A stretch of 64,000 bases of DNA. Source: Desulfatiglandales bacterium. GTDB lineage: Bacteria; Desulfobacterota; DSM-4660; Desulfatiglandales; HGW-15. Position 1 is the first letter of the stretch; every line of letters begins with the position of its first letter. The notes under the pieces were generated by a model. That model was not told the DNA's origin and ran no database searches. It saw nothing but the letters and a program-made list of their open reading frames with translations. The position numbers and the translations under genes were made by a program. The stretch is from the NCBI GenBank assembly GCA_963667015.2, contig CAXXJJ010000004.1, positions 2,272,001-2,336,000 on the forward strand, in the 5' to 3' direction. Shown here one piece after another: positions 20,157 through 31,002 of this stretch.

Positions 20157-21072
20157 AGCTGTATTCCTCCTTTGGAGCCCTTCCAGCAAGTTTAATAAAT
20201 ATCTCGTTAAGGGATATGTCATTACTGTCGAAGCTGATTACCTTCACATTTTTTTCTAAAAGCAATCTCAAAAACTCCTGTGTCTGGCTACCGTCTTTCA
20301 ATGTTATGCCAACACTGTTACCAAAGTCGGAAATATGATCGACCATGGGATGACTGTCCAGGAAAAAGATATCCCCTTCATATGTAAGCTTTACATTATT
20401 CTTTGAAAAATCAGCCTTAATCTCGCTCAGGTTACCATTCAGAATAATTTTTCCTTTATCGATCATAGCGATGTGGTCACACAGCTTTTCAGCAAAATCC
20501 ATGAGATGTGTGGAAAAGATTATGACCTTTCCTTCTTTCTTCTTCTCCAGGATTATATCTTTGAGGAGATTTGTATTGATGGGGTCCATCCCGGAAAAAG
20601 GCTCATCAAGAACAATAAAATCAGGATCATGGATAATTGTCGATATAAACTGTACCTTCTGCTGATTGCCCTTGGAAAGGGTCTCCAGCTTTGAATTCAT
20701 CCGGTCTCCAAGATCAAAGCGTTCAAGATATTCCTTTGCCTTTTTTGTAACATCCTTTCCCTTTTTCCCCTTGAGTTCCGCAAAAAAGAGAATGGTTTCC
20801 AAAACCTTCATCTTTTTATAAAGGCCTCTTTCTTCTGGAAGATACCCTACCCTTGCCCTGAATTCATGGTCAACAGGCCTTCCCCGGAACATTATTTCCC
20901 CTGACGTAGGCATGTAGATATTCATGAGCATGCGGATAGTCGTTGTTTTTCCTGCGCCATTACGCCCGATAAGGCCGAAAATTGAGCCTTCCGGAACTTC
21001 GAATGAAGCATTATCCACCGCTTTAAGGATGTCAAACATTTTTGTTAGATTTCGGACTTCAAGTGCCGGCAT
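20143..21072 (-). CDS. ABC transporter ATP-binding protein (NatA-like)
   Basis: GRNGAGKTT, LSKGNQQK, LDEPFSG. Confidence 0.92.
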   Translation of the reverse strand: MPALEVRNLTKMFDILKAVDNASFEVPEGSIFGLIGRNGAGKTTTIRMLMNIYMPTSGEIMFRGRPVDHEFRARVGYLPEERGLYKKMKVLETILFFAELKGKKGKDVTKKAKEYLERFDLGDRMNSKLETLSKGNQQKVQFISTIIHDPDFIVLDEPFSGMDPINTNLLKDIILEKKKEGKVIIFSTHLMDFAEKLCDHIAMIDKGKIILNGNLSEIKADFSKNNVKLTYEGDIFFLDSHPMVDHISDFGNSVGITLKDGSQTQEFLRLLLEKNVKVISFDSNDISLNEIFIKLAGRAPKEEYSFVKL

Positions 21073-21199
21073 TTGTATTCCCTGGATAAAATTTAATGGC
21101 TCACATTAATAATATGGTTCAATAAATCATTTGGTTTTGTGAAACTGGTTTAAGGGGAGAAGCTAATTTTGTGGAATACTAGCATTTTCAGATGAAAAA

Positions 21200-22105
21200 C
21201 TAAAGCCTGTTTTTATCGTTCATAAATGATTTTAACATGCTGCTGAACTCCCTTGCTGCAATTGAGTGTATTCCTTTTTTCTGATAAATAAGACCGAGTC
21301 TTCTGCATTCATCATTTTTAAAAATATGGATCACTTTGAGTCTGTTTTGCTTTACCTCCGATTGAACTGATATAAGGGGAACAATAGATATTCCGAATTC
21401 AAGCTGCACAAGTTTTTTAATCACCTCTATATTTCCTAGTTCCATTATTATCTTGGGTTTGATGCCTTCTCTTATGTATCTTTCATCAATATATGAGCGT
21501 GTATTTGACCCACTGTCCAGAAGCAGCATCGGATATTCGGCAAGATCCCGGAATGTTATTTTCTTTCTTTTTGAAAGAGCATGATCTGTTGAACATATAC
21601 CTACGTCCTCCCTTATAACCAGGGTTTCGGACACAAGTTTGGGATTCTCAACCGGAAGCGTTACAATCCCGATATCTGCATCACCCGCAAGAACCTGGGC
21701 CGCTGAAACAGGAGAAGGCTTACAAAATATTCTTACATCAATATCAGGGTATCTTGTTCTGAATTTTTTAAGTACTTCAGGAAGGATGTAATATGCAGTT
21801 GTATCACTTGTGCTTATGGTTAGCTTTCCATGTTTCAGTTCTTTAAGGGCATCTATCCTGAATAAACCCTGCTCAACGATTTTAAACGCCTCGTTAGAAT
21901 GCTCAAGAAGTATTTCCCCTGCCTGAGTTAAAATAACAGTACGTCCCTGCCTGATAAAAAGTTTTTCACCAATTCCGGTCTCAAGAGCAGCAATCATCTG
22001 ACTGATAGCCGGCTGTGTCCTGAAAAGTCTGTCGGCAGTTTTCGTGAAGCTTTTAGTTTCCGCCAGAGTGCGAAAAGCAGTCAGTTGATCAAAGGTTATT
22101 TGCAT
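21200..22105 (-). CDS. LysR family transcriptional regulator
   Basis: SFTKTADRLFRTQPAISQMIAALE HTH; about 300 aa. Confidence 0.93.
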   Translation of the reverse strand: MQITFDQLTAFRTLAETKSFTKTADRLFRTQPAISQMIAALETGIGEKLFIRQGRTVILTQAGEILLEHSNEAFKIVEQGLFRIDALKELKHGKLTISTSDTTAYYILPEVLKKFRTRYPDIDVRIFCKPSPVSAAQVLAGDADIGIVTLPVENPKLVSETLVIREDVGICSTDHALSKRKKITFRDLAEYPMLLLDSGSNTRSYIDERYIREGIKPKIIMELGNIEVIKKLVQLEFGISIVPLISVQSEVKQNRLKVIHIFKNDECRRLGLIYQKKGIHSIAAREFSSMLKSFMNDKNRL

Positions 22106-22208
22106 AATAATTTTTTATTCTTTCTATAATTATTATTAATTTGCCTTATACTTAAAGCACAAATAAAATCTCAACTCAATAAATATTATTTTGATGAGAG
22201 GAGATAAA

Positions 22209-23483
22209 ATGGCCGTAAAAGCAATTGTGGGGGCAAACTGGGGAGATGAAGGAAAAGGTAAAATAATAGACTATTTAGCCTCAGATGCAGATTTTGTTGT
22301 CAGGTTTCAGGGCGGCCGGAACGCCGGGCATACAATCATAAACGAGTACGGTAAAAATGTGATGCACCTGCTGCCATCCGGAGTTTTTTATCCAGAAATA
22401 ATCAACATACTTGGTCCGGGAGTGGCCCTTGACATGGAAGGATTTCTAGATGAATTTAAGATGCTAAAAGAGCAAAATGTTAATCCAAGAATAATTATTT
22501 CGGATCGAGCCCAGATAGTACTCCCCTTTCATTTACTGTTTGATAAATATGAAGAAATTAGATTAGGTGAAGATAGATTTGGCTCCACTCAAAAGGGAAT
22601 TGCGCCTTTTTATGCTGACAAGTATATGAAGATTGGTATCCGTGTGTCTGACATTAGTGACAGGGATTTCCTGATAAAAAGACTTGAGAGATCCTTATCA
22701 GCTAAAAATATTTTATTTGAGCATTATTATAACAACCCTCCTTTGAATCCGGAAACGATCGCTGAAGAATTGATAGCAATGTATAGGAAAGTAGAGCCTT
22801 TCATATGCAATACAACCCCCTTGCTCAACAGAGCTGTCTGCGAAAATAAAAACATACTTCTTGAAGGACAACTGGGGGCTCTTCGCGACCCTGACCACGG
22901 GATATATCCATTTACCACGTCATCATCAACCCTGGCAGGCTTTGCCACGGTCGGAGCAGGTATTCCACCACACACTATTAAAAACATCATATGCGTAACC
23001 AAGGCTTATTCCACCTGTGTAGGGGCAGGACCTTTTGTAACGGAAATCGACGGAGAAGAGTCAAATGATATTCGCGACAGGGGTGGTGATTCAGGTGAAT
23101 ACGGGGCAACGACCGGACGTCCAAGACGCATTGGATGGTTCGATGCTGTTGCTACAAAATATGGCTGTCTTCTTCAGGGAGCAACAGAAGTTGCGCTTTC
23201 AATGCTTGATGTTTTAGGTTATCTTAAGGAAATTCCGCTTTGTACCGGTTATGAGATTGATGGAAAAGTAACAACCGAGTTTCCCTGCAATCTTGAGTTA
23301 ATAAAGGCGAAACCTGTTTATGAATTTCATAAGGGATGGCGTTGTAATATCTCCGGCATAGATAACTTCGCCGAATTACCTTATGAAGCTCAACAATATA
23401 TCAACAGGATAGAAGAGCTTATAAAAGTGCCGATTAGATACATCTCCGTGGGTCCAAAAAGGGAAGAGATCATTCAAAAATAA
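22209..23483 (+). CDS. purA: Adenylosuccinate synthetase
   Basis: WGDEGKGK, QGGRNAGHT, EGQLG, TTGRPRRIGW; ATG 22209 after GGAGA. Confidence 0.96.
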   Translation: MAVKAIVGANWGDEGKGKIIDYLASDADFVVRFQGGRNAGHTIINEYGKNVMHLLPSGVFYPEIINILGPGVALDMEGFLDEFKMLKEQNVNPRIIISDRAQIVLPFHLLFDKYEEIRLGEDRFGSTQKGIAPFYADKYMKIGIRVSDISDRDFLIKRLERSLSAKNILFEHYYNNPPLNPETIAEELIAMYRKVEPFICNTTPLLNRAVCENKNILLEGQLGALRDPDHGIYPFTTSSSTLAGFATVGAGIPPHTIKNIICVTKAYSTCVGAGPFVTEIDGEESNDIRDRGGDSGEYGATTGRPRRIGWFDAVATKYGCLLQGATEVALSMLDVLGYLKEIPLCTGYEIDGKVTTEFPCNLELIKAKPVYEFHKGWRCNISGIDNFAELPYEAQQYINRIEELIKVPIRYISVGPKREEIIQK

Positions 23484-23497
23484 AGAAAGGAGAAAAA

Positions 23498-24205
23498 ATG
23501 CTTCCAAAGGGAATTTTATTTGATCTTGATGATACTATACTCGCATACAGTGCAATATCAAAACCTATCTGGAAACAGGTCTGCAATCAATACACTAAAG
23601 AGAATGAAAAGCTTGAACCCGAACTGCTCTATGGAAAGATTAAAGAAGTCAGCCGCTGGTACTGGTCTGACCCGGAACGCCACAGAATCGGCCGAAGCGA
23701 TTTGAACCGTGCAAGGCGGGAGGTTATGGAAATGGTATTTGAAAAACTTAATATAGATGACACCCCTCTTGCCCATAAAATAGGAAACGCCTTTCAAAAA
23801 AGAAGGGATGAAGAAATTTTCCTGTTTGAGGGTGCAGCGGAAACCGTTGAGTATATGTACAGGAACAATGTTGCACTGGCCATGATGACCAATGGGGAAA
23901 CTGAAAAGCAGAGGGCCAAGATAGAGAAGTTCAACCTTGAAAAGTATTTTAAGGTGATCCTTATAGAAGGAGAACAGGGGTTCGGAAAACCGGATGAAAG
24001 GGTTTATAAAAAGGCCCTGGATGGCTTAGGGTTAAAACCGGAAGAATGCTGGGCAGTAGGTGACAACCTTGAATGGGATGTTGGTGCCCCTCAGAAACTG
24101 GGGATATACGGGATATGGAACGATTTTGAGAAAAAGGGTTTGCCTGAAGATTCGGCCATTGTACCGGATCGGATTATAAACAATATTCAGGAATTGATCG
24201 ATTAA
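23498..24205 (+). CDS. HAD-superfamily hydrolase (YjjG-like)
   Basis: FDLDDT, TNG, KPD, VGDNLEWD. Confidence 0.9.
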   Translation: MLPKGILFDLDDTILAYSAISKPIWKQVCNQYTKENEKLEPELLYGKIKEVSRWYWSDPERHRIGRSDLNRARREVMEMVFEKLNIDDTPLAHKIGNAFQKRRDEEIFLFEGAAETVEYMYRNNVALAMMTNGETEKQRAKIEKFNLEKYFKVILIEGEQGFGKPDERVYKKALDGLGLKPEECWAVGDNLEWDVGAPQKLGIYGIWNDFEKKGLPEDSAIVPDRIINNIQELID

Positions 24206-24283
24206 GGTTGGAACAATTGAATATGAGAATTTTTTCATGTATCATATCGAATTAAATTCACATAAACAAAAAGGAGAAAAGAA

Positions 24284-24616
24284 ATGCCAGAATTTAGCAG
24301 TCCGTTTTCAGCACTTAAAAATGACAGAAAATTAACCGATTCCGAACTTGTTCGAGCAATCAGATTCATGATTGCAGCCGAATACGAGGCCATTCAGCTT
24401 TATCAGCAGACAGCCGAAAGCACAAACAACAAACTGGCCAAAGAAGTTTTGATGGACATTGCCGATGAAGAAAAAGAGCATGCCGGAGAATTCCTCAGAC
24501 TTTTAAGAGAGCTTGATCCTGCAGAGGAAGGGTTTTACAAAGAGGGCTATGAAGAGGTAGAAGAAATGATAGCCAAACTCAAAAAGAAAAAACCCGCGAA
24601 AAAAACAAAAAAATAA
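24284..24616 (+). CDS. Small ferritin-like (rubrerythrin/Flp-type) protein
   Basis: AEYEAIQLY and DEEKEHAGEF di-iron motifs. Confidence 0.85.
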   Translation: MPEFSSPFSALKNDRKLTDSELVRAIRFMIAAEYEAIQLYQQTAESTNNKLAKEVLMDIADEEKEHAGEFLRLLRELDPAEEGFYKEGYEEVEEMIAKLKKKKPAKKTKK

Positions 24617-24627
24617 TTAGTACAATA

Positions 24628-24659
24628 ATGCAGGGGCGAAAAATCTTTCGCCCCTGCAT
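24628..24659. repeat. REP-like palindrome / terminator
   Basis: ATGCAGGGGCGAAA-AATC-TTTCGCCCCTGCAT. Confidence 0.7.
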
Positions 24660-24887
24660 CTATATTCTTAACATTACCATTTCCTGCAGTTAATAGCCTG
24701 CAGCCGCCCCATCAGCTCTTCTGGAATCAGCCGCTACATTATTAAAAGGCTCTATTAATCAATCTCATATTCATTCGAATTTATAATGGCGGGATGTGCC
24801 TGTCAGGATGAGCAAATATTAGTTTTTCCTTGTTAATGAATCCTAATTCTATTATTCTGTGCATTACTTTTAATAGGAGAAAAGTAG

Positions 24888-25805
24888 ATGTCATATATAT
24901 TCGGTCCGGTTCCTTCAAGAAGACTCGGACTCTCTCTGGGTGTTGATCTGATTCCCCGGAAGACCTGCAGCTATAACTGTATATACTGCCAGGTTGGGAA
25001 GACTACTGACCGTATAATGGAACCTTCTTCATTTGTCCCCGTTCCGGAAGTAATCAGGGAGTTCAAGGAGGTTCTTGAAAAAACTCCCCCCGATGTAATA
25101 ACCCTTGCAGGGTCCGGCGAACCCACCCTGAATACGGATATAGGGTTAATAATTTCGGAAATCAAAAAGGTAACCTCGATCCCTATAACACTTTTAACCA
25201 ACGGGTCACTGCTATGGAATAAACAGGTAAGGGAAAAGGTTACAGGTGTAGATATAATGATCCCGACCCTTTCTTCAATTTATGAAGAAACATACAAGAA
25301 AATCCATCGGCCTCATCCAGTCCTCAGGCTTAATAATATACTTGAAGGTCTAAAGGAAATGCGAAAGGAATATACAGGGAATTTTTTTCTTGAGGTAATA
25401 CTCCTTAAAGGGTTAAATGACAGTGAAAAAGAGATTTCGGGCCTCTTAAAAATTATTAACGATATACAACCGGACAAGGTCCATCTCAATACTGTGGTCA
25501 GACCGCCATCTGATCCCAGTGCAATATCAATCAGCAATGAAAAACTCGAAGAAATAAAAAGCTTTCTTGGTGGAAGGGCCGAAATCATAGCCGCGGCACC
25601 TCTTAAAAGCAGAAGTAATAAACCGGACTCAATTGGCGACCAGATCATTGAGATGATAAAGAGACGCCCTGTAACAGTTGATGATATCTCGAACTCTCTT
25701 AATTTACAAAAGATTGAAACAGAGAGGGTTATCAAGGGACTGATAATAAAGGGCTATATTCAGGAACAGAGGCATGGCGACAATCTGTTCTACACTTCAA
25801 AGTAA
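24888..25805 (+). CDS. Radical SAM protein (TYW1-like Fe-S oxidoreductase)
   Basis: FGPVPSRRLGLSLG, CSYNCIYC, GSGEPTL. Confidence 0.88.
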   Translation: MSYIFGPVPSRRLGLSLGVDLIPRKTCSYNCIYCQVGKTTDRIMEPSSFVPVPEVIREFKEVLEKTPPDVITLAGSGEPTLNTDIGLIISEIKKVTSIPITLLTNGSLLWNKQVREKVTGVDIMIPTLSSIYEETYKKIHRPHPVLRLNNILEGLKEMRKEYTGNFFLEVILLKGLNDSEKEISGLLKIINDIQPDKVHLNTVVRPPSDPSAISISNEKLEEIKSFLGGRAEIIAAAPLKSRSNKPDSIGDQIIEMIKRRPVTVDDISNSLNLQKIETERVIKGLIIKGYIQEQRHGDNLFYTSK

Positions 25806-25890
25806 TAAATTAAAACGAACTTTCATTATTTGCATTCTGTAAAACTAGATCTATTATTTTACATCAACTTTAATATCAAAGGATGCATGG

Positions 25891-28800
25891 ATGGATCATT
25901 CAGCCAGTCAAAACACGGAAAAATATTATATAGGTATAGATGCCGGTTCTGTGAGTATCAACTCTGTAGTCATCAACAGCAACCGGCAGATTGTCTATGA
26001 ATCACCCTACCACCGGCATTTCGGTAAAATAGAAGAAGCGGTTCATGATCTTCTTTTGAATGAATACAAAATGTTCGGGCAGGACAATATACTTGCTGTG
26101 GCCTTTACAGGAAACCATGGAGAACAGATAAGTACCAGGCTTGGTGGCTTCTATGAATTTGAAACCATATGCCAGGTAAAAGGCGCCCTTTTCATTGCCC
26201 CTGATGTAAAGTCAATAATAAGTATGGGAGGCCAGGATACAGCCCTTTTCCAGATAGCTCAAAATAACGGCACATGGGACCTTGAATATTTTAATACAAA
26301 CGGACCATGCGCCTCGGGTACAGGATCATTTATAGACCAGCAGGCCCAGCGTCTCGCGACTTCCATTTATGATAAAAAGATGGATGCATCAGGGCATGAC
26401 ATAGATAAAATCCTCTCGGATTTTATAGAACTTGGCCTTAAAAGTGACAGCCCGTCCCATGTAGCCTGCAGATGTACTGTCTTTACCAAATCAGACATGA
26501 TTCATCTCCAGAATAAGGGAGAACGTCTGGAAAATATTATTTACGGCTTGCACCTTGGAAATGCCAGAAACTATATAAGTACAATTGTTTCAAACAGGAC
26601 TCTTGAGGATCCTATCCTGTTTATCGGCGGACTTTCCATGAATGAGATACAGGTTATGGCCTTCAGACAGTATTTTCCAGGCCTGGTTATCCCCGAATAC
26701 AATACCTCCACAGGTGCCATAGGCGTTGCCATACATGCAATGGAGGAAGGAATTATAAACAGGATAGATCCAGAGCTCCTGACGGAACAGGCGGGAGAAG
26801 ATTACAAAAACCTGCCTGTTGGACCCCGGCTGGAGATAAAAAAGACACTTTTTGATGAAGACAACAGGGTCAGGGCAGTTCTTTCCGGCAGGGAGGTCCC
26901 GGCATATCTGGGGCTTGATATCGGCTCAACCACAACCAAGTATGCCATAATAAATGAAAAGGGAGACATTATCCACAAGGCATATATACACACCAGGGGA
27001 AAACCCATTGAAGTAACTCAGACACTTTTAAAGACCGTGCGGGATGAAGCGGATAAAAGAATAGTACTCAAGGGCATCGCCACAACCGGTTCAGGAAGAA
27101 ATGTAGTCGGCGATTTTTTAAATGCCGACCTGATTATCGATGAGATTACCGCCCATGCCAGGGGTGCGGTTGAGATTGATCCTGATATAGATACCATCTT
27201 TGAAATAGGCGGCCAGGATGCAAAATATATCTCCGTCACAAACAGCTATCCCCTTGATTTTGATATGAACAAGGTATGTGCCGCAGGGACCGGCAGTTTC
27301 CTGCATGAACTTGCAAACAAATACGGGATCAACATAGCCGGAGAATTCCAGGAGATCGCCCTTTCATCAAAAGGTCCCATAAAGCTGGCCGAAAGGTGCA
27401 CTGTTTTTATGGAGTCAGACCTTGTAAGCTACCACCAGAGGGGTGCTTTAAAGGAGGATCTTATCGCCGGACTTTGTTACGCCATTGCTCATAACTATCT
27501 AAATCGGGTAGTGGGGAAAAGGAAAATAGGCAGCCGGGTAATGTTTCTCGGCGGCCCCTCCTTAAACAAGGGAGTTGTCGCGGCATTTGAAAATATCCTC
27601 GGGCAGGGCCTGATTGTCCCGAAACACAGGGAGGTTTTAGGCGCCTTTGGAGCGGCCCTCCGGGCAAAGGAAATGATGGAGCCTGATGAGAACGCATCCA
27701 GCAGGTTCAGAGGAATTGAAAACTGTATCAGCGACCGGATGGAGTATATTGAAAAGATATGCACGGCAGATCCGTCCTGCCACAATCAGTGTAAATTAAA
27801 GATCTATGACTTTGACGGAAGAAGAAGCGTATGGGGAGGAGAATGCGGAAGATACGAGGTTACAAGGAGTTCAGCAAAAAAAGAGGCAAACTATTTCAAG
27901 CTGAGAGATGAAATATGGCAGAAATATATTGCCGGCCTTTATGACGTGGTATCAGACAAACCGGTTCTTGAAGTGGACGGTAAACCGACAATAGGAATTC
28001 AACGCTCGCTTTATACAATACAGACCGCTGTTTTATGGATCCATTTTTTTGACCGACTGGGATTCAGGCCTGTACTCACCGGCCCGACAAACAATCAGAT
28101 AGCAGAAATGGGAATTGAGGCCATGACTGCAGAGACATGTTTTCCTGTCAAGGTTTCGCACGGCCATGTCAAATCGCTTATAGGAAAGACAAGCTATCTT
28201 TTCCTGCCTGTTCTTATAAACATGGAAACAAAGGACAAAAATGAAAAAGGCTTCTATTGTCCCCTTGTACAGGCTAATAAATACATGGTCAATGCGGCCC
28301 TCGATATAGCTCCTGAAACCGTGATTGGACCTATCATCCACCTTAAACATGATCTGCCTTCACTTGCCATTGAAATGGCGGGCCAGATATCAGGGCAGCT
28401 TGGAAAATCACCTGCAGAAATCAAGGAAGCAATATCCTACGGCATGAAACGTCACAAGGCATTCCTTAATGAAATGTATAATACAGGCAGGGAGGTATTA
28501 GATGCACATAATCCGGACGAACCACTGGTTATAGTAACAGGAAGGCCCTACAACCTTTATGATGAAAGACTTAACCTCAGGCTGGGCCAGAATTTTTCGA
28601 AGATAGGGTTAAAGGCCCTGCCAATGGATTATATTGATGTGGCAGATATTGCTTTGTCGGACTTTCCCAATATGTACTGGGGTTATGGTGGTCAGATCTT
28701 AAGAACAGCCAAATATATCAAGGCTAACCCGAATTATTTCGGACTTCATCTGACAAACTTCAGCTGCGGAGCCGATTCCTTTGTCGAACATTTTTACAGA

Positions 28801-28959
28801 CATGTAATGGGTGATAAGCCTTCATTGATCCTCGAACTGGATGAGCACAGCGCTGTCGCCGGCGTGATGACCAGACTTGAGGCATACAAAAACGTTATTG
28901 AGAACATAATGTTCAAGTTAAACAGACAAACTGAAGATATGGTTATGCTGGCGAATTGA
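25891..28959 (+). CDS. Acyl-CoA dehydratase activase (two ASKHA ATPase domains + DUF2229)
   Basis: GIDAGS and GLDIGSTTTK; CASGTGSF and CAAGTGSF; ETCFPVK, GRPYN, NFSCGAD. Confidence 0.88.
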   Translation: MDHSASQNTEKYYIGIDAGSVSINSVVINSNRQIVYESPYHRHFGKIEEAVHDLLLNEYKMFGQDNILAVAFTGNHGEQISTRLGGFYEFETICQVKGALFIAPDVKSIISMGGQDTALFQIAQNNGTWDLEYFNTNGPCASGTGSFIDQQAQRLATSIYDKKMDASGHDIDKILSDFIELGLKSDSPSHVACRCTVFTKSDMIHLQNKGERLENIIYGLHLGNARNYISTIVSNRTLEDPILFIGGLSMNEIQVMAFRQYFPGLVIPEYNTSTGAIGVAIHAMEEGIINRIDPELLTEQAGEDYKNLPVGPRLEIKKTLFDEDNRVRAVLSGREVPAYLGLDIGSTTTKYAIINEKGDIIHKAYIHTRGKPIEVTQTLLKTVRDEADKRIVLKGIATTGSGRNVVGDFLNADLIIDEITAHARGAVEIDPDIDTIFEIGGQDAKYISVTNSYPLDFDMNKVCAAGTGSFLHELANKYGINIAGEFQEIALSSKGPIKLAERCTVFMESDLVSYHQRGALKEDLIAGLCYAIAHNYLNRVVGKRKIGSRVMFLGGPSLNKGVVAAFENILGQGLIVPKHREVLGAFGAALRAKEMMEPDENASSRFRGIENCISDRMEYIEKICTADPSCHNQCKLKIYDFDGRRSVWGGECGRYEVTRSSAKKEANYFKLRDEIWQKYIAGLYDVVSDKPVLEVDGKPTIGIQRSLYTIQTAVLWIHFFDRLGFRPVLTGPTNNQIAEMGIEAMTAETCFPVKVSHGHVKSLIGKTSYLFLPVLINMETKDKNEKGFYCPLVQANKYMVNAALDIAPETVIGPIIHLKHDLPSLAIEMAGQISGQLGKSPAEIKEAISYGMKRHKAFLNEMYNTGREVLDAHNPDEPLVIVTGRPYNLYDERLNLRLGQNFSKIGLKALPMDYIDVADIALSDFPNMYWGYGGQILRTAKYIKANPNYFGLHLTNFSCGADSFVEHFYRHVMGDKPSLILELDEHSAVAGVMTRLEAYKNVIENIMFKLNRQTEDMVMLAN

Positions 28960-28974
28960 TAAAAGGATATAAAT

Positions 28975-30336
28975 ATGACACCAACAGAGATAAGATCATT
29001 CCAGTCGCTTTCAGAAAAGGTCGGTCAATTTAACCTTAAAGGAAAAACCGTCCTGATCCCTGAAATGAATAATTCCGGCTGTCGCCTCCTTGCTGCGACA
29101 TTCCGCAGTTTTGATATAAATGCACTTGTTATGGAAACATTTAAAGGCCTGGATCTTGGAATGGAATACAGCTCCGGCAAGGAATGTTTCCCGTGCCAGG
29201 TAACCCTTGGAGATATTCTTTATCACATGAAATCCGAACAGGAGATCAGGGGAACAGACTTTGATGTTAATGACTATATCTACTTTCTTATTGAGGCCGG
29301 AGGCCCCTGCAGGTTCGGCATGTATAACAAGTATCAACGGATCGTCCTTGATTCATTTCCTGAATACAGGGATTTAAAGATCGGATCAATCACTACTGAC
29401 AACGGTTACTCCCTTGATGGTTTAATTGATAAAAAAAATAGCGCAGACCTGAGAAAATCAGCATTTTTTTCACTTCTCATCGGCGACATTCTGGACAGGC
29501 TGCTGTGGCGGATCAGGCCCTATGAAAAAGAAATGGGGCTGGCTGATAGGCTGATTGAACAGGCAATCTGTAACATGGAAAAGGCCTTTGAAAAATATGC
29601 AATAAATAAAGAGTTTGATCGAATACTTGAAAAACTGGTAGAGACAGCCAGGGAAGCGGCGCTGATTATTGATCATAACATCCCTCAAAAACCCCTGATA
29701 GGAATAGTCGGAGAAATATATCTCAGGACCCATGTCCGTTCAAATCAGGATCTCATAAGGACACTGGAAAAGCATGGTGCAGAGGTAGTTAACGCCTCAA
29801 TAATTGAATGGGTAAATTTCATAAGCTATCGAGACTATATGGAGGAATGCTCGGGTCTTCGACTTAACCTGAAACAATTCAGATTCAGGGATATAATGAA
29901 TTCCCTTAAAAAGGCCTTAAAATACAGGGCAGAGCTCTTCTATCAGGAGACGCGGCAAAAGAAGGCATATGACCGGATAAACTCATTACTGGATATTGCA
30001 GGAGATCATAAGGTAAACCATCTTGAAGATATTTTGAAGGAAGAGGATCTTTTCGATTTTGAATTAGGCACCGAGGCATGCCTGAGCATTGCAGGTATTC
30101 TTGAATATGCAAAGGAAGGGTTTAACGGTGTTGTAAATGTCTATCCATTTACCTGTATGCCCAGCACAACCACATCAGCAATAATTAATCCTGTAATGAA
30201 TAAAATGGGTGTACCCTACCTGGATACTCCCTATGATTCCAGTTTTCAACCGGGAAGGGAGGCTGCAATAAGGACATTCATGTACCAGGCAAAACAGCAT
30301 CTCAAGAGGAATGGAAGAAAAAGTCACAAACATTAA
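28975..30336 (+). CDS. CoA-activase partner (DUF2229/dehydratase-like)
   Basis: GKECFP, GPCRFGMY, IGIVGEIY, PFTCMP. Confidence 0.8.
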   Translation: MTPTEIRSFQSLSEKVGQFNLKGKTVLIPEMNNSGCRLLAATFRSFDINALVMETFKGLDLGMEYSSGKECFPCQVTLGDILYHMKSEQEIRGTDFDVNDYIYFLIEAGGPCRFGMYNKYQRIVLDSFPEYRDLKIGSITTDNGYSLDGLIDKKNSADLRKSAFFSLLIGDILDRLLWRIRPYEKEMGLADRLIEQAICNMEKAFEKYAINKEFDRILEKLVETAREAALIIDHNIPQKPLIGIVGEIYLRTHVRSNQDLIRTLEKHGAEVVNASIIEWVNFISYRDYMEECSGLRLNLKQFRFRDIMNSLKKALKYRAELFYQETRQKKAYDRINSLLDIAGDHKVNHLEDILKEEDLFDFELGTEACLSIAGILEYAKEGFNGVVNVYPFTCMPSTTTSAIINPVMNKMGVPYLDTPYDSSFQPGREAAIRTFMYQAKQHLKRNGRKSHKH

Positions 30337-30418
30337 AATATAGGCCGGAGAGATCCGAAGCCGAAAGTGATAATGTAAATCCCGGGTGCGCCATTCAGCA
30401 GATCAGTAAAGTAAAAAC

Positions 30419-30811
30419 CTATCTTGCTGTTGCCCTTCTGATTGAAATACCAAGCTCACTTTTTGTAAATGGCTTTGGTAAAATTTCGGTTACACCCGAT
30501 TCAAACATTACCTCTTCATCTGTCCTATTATCTGCCCCGGTACAAAGAATCACAGGCATGTCAGGCAATATTTTTTTTAAACTCATTGTAAGTTCGACGC
30601 CATTCATGTCAGGCATGGAATAATCGGTCATTACAAGATCAAAACAATTCCTTTTATCCTGTATTGTACTCATGGCATCACGACCGCCTTCAACCGCAAC
30701 TACACTAAATTTTAAAAACTCTAATAATCGTGTAGTTACCTTTCTAACAGCCGGATCATCTTCTACCAGAAGAATGTTCATTTGGTCGGAATCAACGTTT
30801 AAATTCATCAT
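30419..30811 (-). CDS. Single-domain response regulator
   Basis: LLVEDD, TDYSMP, CTG, KPF. Confidence 0.9.
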   Translation of the reverse strand: MMNLNVDSDQMNILLVEDDPAVRKVTTRLLEFLKFSVVAVEGGRDAMSTIQDKRNCFDLVMTDYSMPDMNGVELTMSLKKILPDMPVILCTGADNRTDEEVMFESGVTEILPKPFTKSELGISIRRATAR

Positions 30812-30859
30812 TTTTCTGTAAATCCTTTCAATTAAAGCAATAAGTCGAAACTAAATAAA

Positions 30860-30875
30860 TACAATATCCATGCCA
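30860..30875 (-). promoter_or_regulatory. Sigma-54 -24/-12 promoter-like motif
   Basis: TGGCATGGATATTGTA (GG-N10-GT) about 50 bp upstream of the receiver gene. Confidence 0.5.
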
Positions 30876-31002
30876 TAATCTGCATTTTGTTTTCGCGAAA
30901 AAAATATATAGGATAACATACTGTAGATACTACATATCTGGTCAATCCACTTAGCGAGAGACAAATAAAGTAGAAAATCCTGGCATATTAAATCAGCATC
31001 CG

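Noticed and set aside
18888..20222. Long N-terminal extension of the permease
   Set aside because: Overlaps the ATPase gene; RBS supports TTG at 20156
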